DNA of 64,000 nucleotides from Klebsormidium nitens (taxonomy: Eukaryota; Plantae; Klebsormidiophyceae): contig DF237218.1 of the NCBI GenBank assembly GCA_000708835.1, forward strand, positions 53,233 to 117,232, given 5' to 3'. Numbering within the stretch: position 1 is the stretch's first letter; every line of letters begins with the position of its first letter. This document shows, piece after piece, positions 11,261-23,549 of the stretch. A program made the translations under genes and the position numbers. Below the pieces are notes generated by a model. It was not told where the DNA came from. It saw only the letters and a list, made by a program, of their open reading frames with translations, and made no database searches.

Positions 11261-14200
11261 ACATGCGAGTTCTTTGAAGAAGGGTTGGATTCTTTAGCCC
11301 TGGGTCGTCTTGAGCAAAGCCACTGCTGAAACAAGACCAGGCTTGGGACAAGCAAAGACTTGCAGCAGAGCCCTGCATGTCAAAAGCAGCATGAGGGTTG
11401 CTTTACGGTTTTTTACCAGATCCTGATGCAAAGACGTCTTGTTAAAAGAGGTCTTCTAAATGAGAGACACCCAGGACTTAGCAAGAGTGAAAGACATCAT
11501 GCGGCAGAGGTTGTGGGATCAATCTGGCCAAATGCTTAGCTGGGACTAGGATACATTCCTTGTGCAGACCACAGATCCAAGTGAGGGCTGTAGCAGAGAG
11601 ATTAACAGTCTATACCTTCCCGGCTTTGCAAACGAGAAATGCAAACCCTTCTGCAACTTGATGAAGGTGAAAGAAGGAGACAAGACCAGGTCAATGGAAT
11701 AGCAACAGCTCAAGGGCCAATAGTTGCTATAACAAACAAAAAACAGGCAGGCTGTGCATGCAGAAATCAGTAAGGAAGGCAGGAAGCATTGGGAAAAGTA
11801 ACAAAGAAAAGCACACGGTCGCAGGTTCAAGGCAAGAAGCACAACAATACCCATTCAGAGAGTTGCACAGGTTGATGTTGTTGCCAACGGAATCTCTTAG
11901 AGATTACAATCTGCACAACAACATCCAACTGTGCCAGCAATAATGACCGGGCAGGAGAGAAAAGGACAATGTCTGCCAGGCCCAGAAACAGCGAGAATGG
12001 TGTCAACAACAGTGGCAATCAAAACGAAAACTTGTGAGCATTCATGCTAGACAACAGTGAAGACATAGTATGCGACAAGAAGATGATTCTCTTCACCTGA
12101 CAAGCTCAGGGCATCTTTAGTGTAGACCAAGGGTGTAACTTGGAAACAAAGTCACTAGAATCACCAAGAAAACTCAAGGATCGACAATCGTAATCTGCAT
12201 TTGATGCTTTGTAGACAAATTTTAGTGAGAGAGGTTCACACGTCAAAAATCCCGACGAGGTGAGAATGAATACAGAGCTCAAAACAAGGAAGAGCCTGGC
12301 TTACCAGGCAGAAAAAGAAGATAAAAGTAGGAGCTCAAAACAACTGCATGTTTGCAAACAAAACGCATGTCTCTGCCCTTAGCCGGAGACACAATGGAAC
12401 CTTCGCAGCTGCCCCTCGCTTGACAGACTGAATATGCACATGGCATAGGCCTGTCAGCTACTGATCTGAACTTGGCTTGAATGGAGCCACGGTCCTGAGG
12501 TGTTTGGGGTTGGGTAGGAGCAGATTCTGGCAAGGAGAAAACTGCTTCCAGAGAGGTTGAGCACCCTTTCCTTATACCAGTCCATACGACCACACAGCCT
12601 TGGGATGGCTCACATGAGCGAGTAACCACTGCAACAATGAGCAACCTATGAGACACAAAGCAGCCCCACATTGTGATTTCTATCAGACAGTGTCGGAGGC
12701 GCCCGATGACCACACGAATGGAGAATCCACAAAAAAACCTTTGGAAGAACCGATGTGAGAATTGAAGACAGGCTATGCGCAAGCAGCATAGCAAGCAAGA
12801 AACAGAGATTATGCAACGACGGTGTTCATTCAAAGCAGGACACAGGGACCATGCATAAATGGTTTACAAACGTAAGAAGCTGAAAGCTCTCATAAGCTCA
12901 ACCATCTCGCCCCTCTTGTCTCCGATTTGTGACAAGCTAATGTGAAATTTGAGAACAACCATGTATCCCACAAGAAGACGAAAGGACTCAGCAACAAATT
13001 TTGCAGACGTACAGCTCTTCCATAAGAATCCCAAACCTTGATGGTGCCTCTACCAAACCTCTCGTTCGCTGTTCAATTTAAGATGGCAGTAAACAATCAT
13101 ATCAACACATTTGAGTCCGCCCAAAGCAGGCATGCGGTTCTCTGAAATCAAACAAGCCACACGTTGTCCATATGCGACAGAGAGGGGCAGATAAGGACGG
13201 AAAGGCAACAGCGACACACGCCAAACAAGCTGATAAACAAACGGAGCATACTGGCAATATCCTGTGAGCAGAACTCGTTAGAGCCCAAGAATCCAAGGGG
13301 GGCTGAAGCGCCGTCCCAGGAGACATGATGACAGTTAGCGGCAGGGCAGCCCTCCCCTTGTAGATTCTGACCATGCATGATCCCACGAGCTTAACCCACA
13401 GCTGATGCAAGTTCACGAACAGTCTGGGCCGACATTTCTTGGAATCGCAGCTGATGCCCACTTCTTAATGACAGGCGCACCTGAAAATCATACTTTTAAA
13501 AGTGGAACAAGAAGACAGCAAGGTATACAAAAAGGCAGGATCAAGGTCAATGCAACAAACAAGACACTCACCGTATCAACTTTTCATCCCCCCAAGTCGG
13601 CAAGAAGAGGACTTGACCCCGTCCTGTAAGGACCTTGAGCCTGTCCGCCGAGTATCTAAATTCAGGTGACTGAACCTACACCACACAGGAGCTTCTCTTC
13701 TACTGGCGTACAATCGCCCTCCGCAAGTGCCCCCACCTTTTGAGCAACAACTAGCGGCCCCCGCTTAACAACAGACTACCCTGCTTTTGCAGCAGAAAGC
13801 AACGACCAAAGCTGCCCCCTCCAACCTATGGTAGAGTGCAGAGGTTGGAGGCCACAACTTCTCCGAGCTGCATTTCTCCACACCCTTAAACTTCAGAACC
13901 GTCAGCTCATCAGTAGCTCATCATGATGCAAGTTGGTCGAACAAAGATTTGCAGATTTGTCAGGAAAGGGGGAGGAAGAAGACAAAGAAGATGACTGGCA
14001 CGCCAGGCCATGCTGGCCATGGTCTGATCGAGCGCGTGCGATAAACTCTCCTTGGAAGTGAAAACTAGAGCGGGGCCGCGAGGTGTCAGAAAGTCATCAT
14101 TATTGTCATGTGACTCAGTGTGCTTCGAGCCGCAAGTGGGCTACCGGTAACTGATAACCGCCGAGCGCCGCGCATGAATTACCGGTACATTCGCAAAACA

Positions 14201-14927
14201 ACCACCATCAGACTGCCAGCACACTAACACCGATGGTGGAAATATGATCAGATTCAGCGAATCGGACAAAAAATCGGCGCTGACAAAAAAACGTACCGGT
14301 TGTGTTGCGCCCCTTGATAACCTCCGATCACACCGGCGTCGGCGTTTCCACCGGAGGCTGTAGAACCGGCAGAAGTACGCCCGCTTTGTCGGTCTGATTG
14401 ACACAAAGCCAGAAGTTCAATCTGTCAATGAATCCAACAAGGTCTCGTCCAATCTTGGTGCCAGGTGTATCCCTGACGCCTCGGCCCAAGACTGGTAACG
14501 GTATGGAAAGCTGCAACAACCTCAAAGTTTGATGTCTCAAATCGCAATCTACGGTAAGTTTCAGGAGAAATCATTGCGATGGCGTCAGCATGAAAATCTT
14601 CCAATTAACCCCTGGCTTGGACTCGCCGCTCGCGCCTCTACAGGTAAACCCCACGGGGCCATGCGCACGGGCCGGGGCGATTTGTATAGCTAGTGTTCCG
14701 ACGAAGTCGAGTCCGCATGCAGTGCGTGAAGATATCACAATTTGAAGAGAGAGTTGGGAGAGAGTGTGGAGAGAGTTCTCTCCTAGTTCTCTGGTCAAGG
14801 GGGAGTCAAAGGCGCCGGTCAAAGGCGCCGTGTGTTTCAAGAGTCCAGCCAGAGGCCTATCCCATGGACCCCGGCGGAGGAGGCCTATCCTGGGCCCGGA
14901 GGTTGCCAGAGTGAGGCCAGAGCAATG

Positions 14928-15422
14928 CCCGCGACGTTGCGCGACTTTCCGCAATTCTGCGCGACTTTACGCGACTGCTCCGCGACTTTGTTCCGCGAAC
15001 TTCGCGACCTTCACCGCGACTTTATCAATCTTTGCATGAAAATAATGTTTTATTGAAGCAACTTTTATGTTTAAATGCTTGGAATGCTCCGCGACGTTCC
15101 GCGACTTTTCGCGACATTCCGCGACTTTCGTCCGCGACTTTGTCCGCGACTCTGCGACCTCCTGCGGAGGTTGCTAGAGTCATAGAGTTGCATGCCTGCG
15201 ACGTGCCTGCAACTTTCCGCGACTTTACGAGACTGCCTCGCGACTTTGTTCCGCGATCTTTGCAACTTTCACTGCAGAACCATCTAAACCTTTGGCCCTC
15301 CTTTGGCAACAATATTTTAATTAAGAAAGAAGTTTTTTGTTTCGATGCTCGCGACGCTTCCGCGGCGGCTAGTGGGCGGCTACGCGACTTTCTGCGACTT
15401 TCCGCGACTTTCACCGCCGCCG
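14928..15422 (+). repeat. Degenerate minisatellite of ~9-11 bp (CCGCGACTT-like)
   Basis: Dozens of cgcgac(t/g)tt units interrupted by two short AT-rich patches. It generates the spurious ORFs at 14.8-15.5 kb. Confidence 0.95.
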
Positions 15423-15499
15423 ACTCTGCGCCTCCGGGCCTGGGGTGGCAACTCGAGAAGATTACTGCATGCACCCGCGACCAAAGGGTTGGCGGGCTT

Positions 15500-15745
15500 T
15501 GTAGGTTATAGTGTAGTATCTTATTGGATTTTAAGCCGATTTGCAGCAGGTTATAGAGAAGGATCTTATTGGTAGCTTGAGATGTCAGCAGGTTATAGTG
15601 TAAGATCTTATGGTCGTATATGTTTTGAGCAGCTTTTAGTGTAGTATCTTTGAGATGATTTGAGCATCTGAAAGGAGTTGGTTTCGTCGCGGCTGTATGT
15701 GTGCATGTTTTGCATCTTATTGCCTGTAAGATCCTCTATAAGATG
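15500..15745 (+). repeat. Degenerate repeat GGTTATAGTGTAGTATCTT (4-5 copies)
   Basis: gttatagtgtagtatcttattgg, ggttatagagaaggatcttattgg, ggttatagtgtaagatcttatgg, ttttagtgtagtatcttt. Confidence 0.75.
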
Positions 15746-16499
15746 GGGGGGTCGGAATTTGTCAGATTATAGTGCTCTGCGTTCGTCTCGTCATGACGAA
15801 CACAAAGCAATATTCGGATTTCCCAAATTCCAAACGGACGCTTATGCGGATCCGTCAAGATGATTTTTTGATGGATCATCTGCAGATCCGGAGTTGCCAC
15901 CCCAGGCCTCCGGGTCGAGGATAGGCCTAGCCAGTATTAGTATACGTGACCGATAGGTGCAACAGGGACCGTTTTGCCACAATCATTGAATATATCAGGG
16001 CCCCATCATGCTTGCAATTGGGTGCAAGCTGCTGCGGCTATAAATGTACCCTGTCTGGAGACCCCTGGAGACGCGGGGTCTGATCCCGCAGTATAACGTG
16101 GTGTCACATGCAGAACTTACATGATTTGTTTCTAGCTTGCTAATTGTTGATCATGCATCATGAGCACCTATACCGTCGTCGGTAGCTAATTATCTCTCTA
16201 GTCGAATGAGTTATATGAACATGAACAGATCGAAGTTCCGGCTGAACAGACTCAAACGTTATAATTTAGCGTTGTATAGCGCGTACATGCAGCAATGACG
16301 TATACGTATGTCTCAGCCGCGCATCCATCGGTGCACTCATTTCAACACACGGGTGCGAACTTTACTGTCACAGCTGCGGTCTTGATCCGATCATCAAAAC
16401 CAAAACCGAATGTGGTAACGTAGTTTAGTAGGCATATGTCGCCGCTGGCACGACACGCAACTCATTCAAAGCTTGGAGTGTCATGCAATTGGACCATGC

Positions 16500-18750
16500 T
16501 TCAAGCAGACAAGTTGGCCTCACCAAGTCCGAGTCAGCACGGTTACTTTTGCCAAGCCTGTTGTGCTGTTGGTCATGCCGCCATGTGGCTGCTTCTTACA
16601 CGAATACTAACAGTCCAAAGCAATCCATCTAGTTCAGTCCGGTCCGATTCATCTGTCCGAAGCACGAGTTTGTTCGATAGCTAGCTGCAACGTGCGCAGT
16701 ATGAGACTGCTTCTCTTAGTTCAAACATGCTCGGTTTCTCGAGTGGGGCCATCATACTGGCCCGCCGACTTGTAAATCCAGCAGTGTCGATCTTCATCAC
16801 CTTTGATGAAAGCCGATACAATCTACAACTAGCTTGGGACTCGATCTTAGTGCCGCAGCGCCCAATCCAACGCCGAAATGGCGAAATCTTTAGACCCGAG
16901 GCCGGGGCCTTCGCCAATGCGTTCAAATACGTACCTGTGCAGAAAATGCATGCTCAAGAAAAGCTTTAGCTGGTCATGTTGTCACCAGCGTCCACGTGGC
17001 AAAAACGTCGGCCTTTCGGAGGTTTCTGAATCATTTCTCGAATGAGATGCGCTTGGCTCGGACATATATAATTCTGAATTCGAAACGAGAGCCAAAGCTC
17101 AGAAGCACTCTCTGACACGCTCGACACTAGATCAAGGCACCGCCAAGGCAAACCGCTAGTCTCCCCGGTCCTCCTTCAGTGATAATCATTGAGAAACACC
17201 TTGAAAAAGCGTTGCAGCCGCGAATATTTGCACAGGGACTTTGTCAAACGCACCAAGCAGAAGCCGAAGCAAAACTTAGCGTCTGTGAGTCAAAAGATGC
17301 GTGCTTTGCTGGACACAATTGGGGAGACGAAAGAAAAAGGGCGACATGCATCTTTTTGTCTTCACTGCACGGCATGACCGCGTAAAAGCTGCTCACCCGC
17401 GTCAGCTCTGTCTTGGTCGGCCTGGTTGTCGACGTCGAGGACCGTATCTGCAAGGCCTCCCGTCACTCTAATCACTACACGCAGGCTACCACGTATAAAT
17501 CTCGGTATTAGCGAAAACAGATTTTCGTGCGCGCTTGCCTGACGTAGAATTCTGGGTTAGTTATCCACTGTCACGGCACGCCGCCTTGCTTCAAGACCTC
17601 TTGACAGATGACGACCGCAGAGGGGTCTTCAATTGAGACCACGGGATCCGCGACGCGAGCACCAGTGGCCAAAGTGGCCCGCCTGGGATCTCTTCCAACT
17701 TTCAAGCGTTGCGGCCCGGACTGATTTAGTTTGCCATCAGAATCCAATTCAGGTTGTCAGTATAGGCAGAAGCCAGAGACGAAGTAGCCGGCACGTGAAA
17801 ACTAAGAAAACAAGTGACAGTCTGCATGGACAAAAATGGCGCTTCGTATACACCGATCTGGGGCACAGTCACGCACCTGGAAAGGAACATCGTCCTTATC
17901 TTTGAAAGGAATTCATCGACGGAAGCAGAAGCAGAAATTATGCCGTTTCCGAAGCTATGCGGAAGAACAAATCGCCTTGAACAGAAGTCTGCTGAGTATC
18001 TAGGCATACCTACTTCCGTTGCATTACAAGTAGGGAGGACTCCAGCATTCAAAAACTCTCAGTCTAAGTTGACATGCCGCACACACTATCAGGCCTTGAA
18101 TCAACGGCGCTGCAATCATAGCATCAGGCGGAATGATGAGTAGAGTCGTACGTTTCTGAGCTGCGAACGCACCATAACGTGGCTGGTGATACGGAACTCA
18201 AACGCCCCTGGGCAGAAGGAAATAGGGTGCTGGTCGACGAACGTTTCAATGATTTCACGAGTCGCTAAGACAAATTGCCAGTAGGAGGATCTCATTCTTC
18301 TACTGACGTCCAATTAAGCATATTGATTTTTCATGCCGTGCAAGGGGCCCGGCTACCGTGCTTCTAAGTTGGAAACGGCTGCTTGAATTCTGTCGAAGCA
18401 TCAAATGCACAATCAAAAGCGCTAGTTGGAGGGCCGATGCGCTGCAGGCAATCATGGCTTTGTAGCGGAAGCGTATGGTGAGGGACGGTAAATAAACCCA
18501 TCAGAACGCAGAGACTTGTTGTGGGTCAATTTTGTTTTCAAGGTTTTTTGTTCCGCCCTCAGCGTGAGCTTACAGAGAAATGATGGGACGTCGTGCGGGG
18601 CTCGAAACGCTGCCGCAGTGCGGCTTACCAGTTGAGCGACATGCAAGTATCGCTCAACGAAAGCGGCGGCCACGTGATGACTTTCCCGGCAACATGAGAG
18701 CAGAATCTAGTGCGCAGGAACGTCCGCGAAGTTGTGTCGTGGTTAGACGC
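16500..18750 (+). mobile_element. Decayed group II intron-type RT/maturase/HNH ORF (copy 1)
   Basis: Motifs in order across frameshifts: LLTRIL (~16595, RT0), SSGAIILARRLV (~16750, cf. S..AKLLAVRRV), IQRRNGEIFRP (~16870, cf. IPK.NGK.RP), RFVYTD (~17845, YADD position), EYLGI (~17995, FLG), GHVMTFP...QNLV (~18670-18715, HNH-like). Confidence 0.55.
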
Positions 18751-19719
18751 CCTCTCTGACGGAAAGAGGCAGCAACATTTTTACTCCAGGTGGGCGGTTT
18801 GGTTAGGGCATCAGCGCGACAACGAAAAAGCCTGCTGACGTGCAGCGACGAAAAGTTGCGTCAGTGCTTCGGTCACACATCCCCGCCTTACTGGGCATTG
18901 CAGGGTTTATAAATTTCACAACCTCCGTCAACACAAAAGCGGGATCGGAAAAGCGAGGAACGAGGCTAGAAGCGGGATGCCAATACTCGATCAGCAAGGA
19001 TATTGTGTTGGTCAGGCTATCCTGCCCTTGCGCGCCTTATAGGGCCATTAAACGATGGCTCCGTCCGGAATGATCTTCTTTTCAACAGATTATTGCTCAG
19101 AAGTGCGGACTTCGATTGCAATATTGCTGCAGGAGCGGAAAGAACAAAAACACCCTAAACAACCACCAGAAGAGGATAGAGCGAAGTGATAGCAGACCGG
19201 TGAGGCAGAAACAGGATTTCAAAGGCAGCAACCGAATCGGCCTGTCAATGTGACGCGACACTTGATGACTGTGCTTTTCCACAAGAGACCAGAACATTCC
19301 AGAGACCAAAGAAGACGTTGATCCGGAGACGGAGCTGGAAAGATGGCGCAAATGACTAACATGGTATCAGGCAGAGTAAGGGAGAGCGGCATCAGGCGAG
19401 CAAAACATTGAGCTTCTCGCGGTGGTAAGGCCGCGAACTTGTTCGGTCATCACGCCCTCAACCTCCGAGTCTTGTGCACGGAAGAATTGTAGGCGGCGCA
19501 TCGTAGAACTCTATGGTGTCGTTTATTTGGACCCAATTTCTCAGACCGGATCTGTGGGGCGGAACGTAGGCGGCTATCAAAAGCAAGGAGAGCCAAACAG
19601 TGCGGAAACGCCAGACTCGTTGGACCATTGCGGTCCGCTTTCGGGTTGAGTGATAACCAGGCGGAACGGGTCTTATTGGCACAACTTTGAGAATCAAGGC
19701 TGCGCCCGCGAGCAGATTC

Positions 19720-22200
19720 ATGGGTGGCAAGTGAGGCGGTCAATCAAGAATACTTAGTGCTAGAGAATCCAGCCTTAAGCGCTTGGTCAAGCAACTGACG
19801 AGCGCGTGAAAGTTCAAAGGCAGCGGCAATAAGGGACACCAATAGATGTCGGAATATGGAGATTGACTCAACTGGATTCAAAGTGCGGTAACGTAGACCG
19901 ACGCGAAGAGGGCACGAATGGATGCAGCTGCTTGGTTTCGGGAAGCGGGTCTTTGAAGGCGATGTCGAGGCAGGAAACTTTACCCCGTCAAAGCCGTGAC
20001 TTTAACGGACCAGAGAGACTGTCGCCGTCATGACCACAGGTTTCTAGACGAACGAGACGGCATATTTTGCAAAGAGTGTGTGCCTGGCATCAGATTTCCC
20101 TGAAAGGCTCGATCTGCGAGCAGAGTGATAGCATATCGTGGCCAGCTTTGTGTTCATGATCCGTACAAATGTATGCTTTTGCAGACCTGATACGAAAAAT
20201 TGTATTATCCAAGACGCGCGCGGTACCTCTACAAAGAACATCGCGACATTCGTATGTAAGGTTCGATGACCTTTTTTACAATTCTGGAATGAAGACCTTG
20301 AAAACTGCAACCTCTACGTACGTTGAAGCGCCGAAGCTGGCATGCACAGGACGTCAGCTCCAATGTATTGATTCAGTCGCATCAACGAAAGTGGTGGCAA
20401 GGAAACGGGACTTCTATTGTGCAGACGCATCGTGCCGTCAAAACTGGGAAAGGAATGCGTCCGCGTGCACTTTTTCCAGTGCATGACCTTCAAGTCAGGG
20501 GCGCTGAGTCAAAAGGACGTCATACAAATTAATACCGGCTGTACTTGGAGAGGCAGCCAAGAGCAACAGCTTCGTTATTTTATTGAGAAAGAAACCGAGT
20601 AAGCCTCCAAATCCTCTTCCTTGTGGAGGCGCCCGACGCGCAGCTTTCGTCCTAAAAGCAGTTGCTTTCTAACATCGAGGCTCCATATCAACATTAACAC
20701 CCCTGACCCATGGCAGAATCAGAGCGCCGGACTCAATCATAGCCTTTCAGTTGCATTGTGTAATTAGGGCCGGTGGCTGATTCACAGCTTCGTTCGAATG
20801 TCGAACCAATTGCAGTGGGTCAAGGAAGCCGGACTTGGCCTCTCAGCTCTACTTCATGGACTATGTGTAGAAAAGGCGGAATTTGCCCAATTGAATCACA
20901 TGGAGGAGGGGCCGCCGCTAACAAACGCTGGTTAGTCGCCGGTTACATGCCCTAATTCCACCAGACGGGTACGACCTTATGGTTCAAGAGCCAGATCGAC
21001 TCGGAACAGTTGCTGGCTAAGACCCCGCGCTGCGTCCCCTCGAATGAGAGATCTGTGACGGCTGTCTATTTACGAAAAGGAAAGACCTATTCAGAAAGAC
21101 CAAAAGAGATAGTCACAAATTGATCACCCACCGCAATGGCTGGTGCACTACCTGTGTCTTCAAGGGCATCAGGAATCCCAAAGGAGAGAATCTGGTGGTC
21201 TCTGCCGCCAATACGTCAAGCATCATGGCCCATAATGTCACTGAAACAACCTACGGATGATTGCGATATTGGACGCTGAAACGACTTTGACTACTTTGAC
21301 GGTAGGACTCAAGAGGCATACATTTCAAAGTAGGTCAGCAAAGCGATAACTCGCGGCGCATGTTGAATCGTGGAAGAAGGTCGAACAAACACAATTCTCT
21401 CGTGCGATGATCACGTGAAAAGCAGCACAAGAGAGAGAGCCTTTGCTGGGACTTTCACGTCGCGAGCGATGCTCCCGCTACGGAACTTGTACTTTATTCG
21501 ATGGTTATGGTTAGGCAGTCAGACTGCTGGTTATGAAAAATCAATCATAACTTCTTAGCTAGTGTGTCGAGCGAAAAGCCGAGATACCACAAACAAAGGG
21601 ACAAAAAAGCGACGACAGGGAGATGATCATGAACAGGAGACAAGCATTTCTCGAAGAGCAAAGCAGCTGCTCCAAGGTCGGACGGACGATGCAAGGACTA
21701 GTTAGGAAATTAATCCGAGTTTGAGATGAAGATATCAGGTCAGCCCACCAGAGAAGTGCGGCAGATGAGGCGCGACGTCATCGTTCTGACGTCACGCATT
21801 CAATTTCAGTTCACAGGGACTTGATCTAGTGAGGCGGCAGGCGGGTCATCATTCAGTAGTTCCGCGAACTAGAGCCGGCGAGATGTTGTGAAGGATGGCC
21901 ATTACCAACGCATGAAGACGAAAACGCTGTCGAGAACATCAGAAAAGTCAGAACCTCTTCTCAAGCAGGAACCGGCTGTCAGACCCACAGTTGCAGGGGC
22001 ACATGTCTGGCGCCAAGGGTTGGGACAAAACCGGAGAGCTGAACACTTCTACAAAGAGTGTGGACCAAGTTCTGCCCTCGCCCGAAAGCAGAATCAAAGG
22101 CGGGCAATTAAGATAAGTAAGTAAACAGCGAATTCTATAGGGCCAGAAAGTTTCAGCCTAGAGAGCCGCGTTGGGCACCTAACGAGCGCGTTGAGGTAGG
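19720..22200 (+). mobile_element. Decayed group II intron-type RT/maturase/HNH ORF (copy 2) with domain V-like start downstream
   Basis: The 5' end tggcaagt-gaggcggt matches the starts of copies 3 and 4 at nucleotide level. Then YAF-RP (~20175), DIRM..FDDL (~20250), EKCGR*G (~21756, C>stop), HHSVVPRTRAG (~21847), and GAGCCG at 22163. Confidence 0.6.
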
Positions 22201-23549
22201 TAAAAAGGCAGCGCGATACAGAGGGCCGTGCTGTGCCAGAGTCATACGTACGAGCTGGATTGAGTCACGAACGAAAGGCTGCTAACGTACCTAGACCGGC
22301 GCGGAAAAGTCGCACAAGCCGATGCAGTTGGGTTGTCAGCTAAGCTGATGCCCAACTGGAAAAGGGCGGTGTGTCAAAGTCGTAGCTCTATGGGAAAATG
22401 CCAGTAGATTTTACGGTCACAATCAGAGGTCTTGAACTGATCTGGACTGCGTCGTTAGATTGGGGAGTGTGCCTGGCGTCAGATTGCACAGAGGCTAAAT
22501 GTATGTGCACAAGTTTGGCAGCAGATCATAGCCACAGCTTCTGGTCTGTGAGCAATCTTGTTTTACAGACTTGAGATAGAAAAACCGCTCTAAGCCCGGC
22601 TTTAGGAAGGGGCATCATTTAGCAAGAAACTAGCTTGGAATCAGTGACAGCAGAGTGTTTCTCCATTGAAGCGCCGATGCTGCAGCACACGAAGGTCACG
22701 CTTCAAAGTAGTGATGGGAATGCACGGACAAAGTAGGCGGCGTGGGATTTGGTCGACTGTGATGATACTCAGACGTGCCATACTGATGGCAGAAACTTGG
22801 CAGGAATGCGACACAGACCTCCGTCAGACCAACTCCCGCTGAAGGAAAGGCGATGGTTAACGAAGCCCTCGACCAACCTAGGCTTTACAGCATGCCTCAG
22901 AGAGGCTGCCAAGAGAACTTCTCGACGCAGTTCTCAACCCGCTACGAGGACTCAGCTACAAGTCCCAAGTTCTTGATTCGAGCAGGGGACTCGGCGTGCA
23001 ACTTTCTGATTTGGAATGATATCTTTTTAGTACCAAGGCATCATGATCGTGTCAGAGAAAGGATGTTGATACATGGGGGCATCAGGGCGCTAGACTCGAA
23101 TCACGGCGTTTGAAGCGGGTAATGTACATACAGTCAGCAGAGAAAAACTTCACAGCAAAAGGAAGCAGTTACGGCAAGGAACGTTCATGGCCGTCCGTCT
23201 GCCTTCAACGCAAGCGCACCTTGAGCTTTCTCCTCCAGGATGCGACGGGGATGCTGGACAAACACAAGCAAACCGGCCGTTAACAAAGGCTGCTTAGTGG
23301 GCCTTCCACCAGACGGAGAGCGGCTGCTTCCAGTAAAATGCCCTTTTTGAAGACGGCTAAGGGCGAGATACTTGTGATACAGGCGAGCAACAAATATTCT
23401 TCCGGTGGGCTTTCTTCAAAGGCCCTCAGGCGCGGTGCTAGAACTCATGACGAAACGTTGCGTCGAGGCATTAGTCGCGCATCCCCGCCCTTTCAGTGAT
23501 CGCAGGCGTTTTCAAAAAGGAGAATCTGACCAGACAAAAAAGCGGGACT

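Larger units (their letters stand above)
14881..15928. mobile_element. Putative non-autonomous TIR (foldback-like) element filled with short tandem repeats
   Basis: aggcctatcctgggcccggagg (14881-14902) matches the reverse complement of 15907-15928 at 20/22 positions. No ORF inside. TSD not evident. Confidence 0.55.

Noticed and set aside
11300-14570. Further upstream coding exons of the 613-aa exon
   Set aside because: Plausible donors and acceptors exist (e.g. ~14296, ~13573, ~13480), but I could not build a stop-free, phase-consistent chain or recognise a domain.
14571-15575. Cluster of overlapping 70-160 aa ORFs
   Set aside because: Produced by the CGCGACTT minisatellite; low complexity, both strands open.
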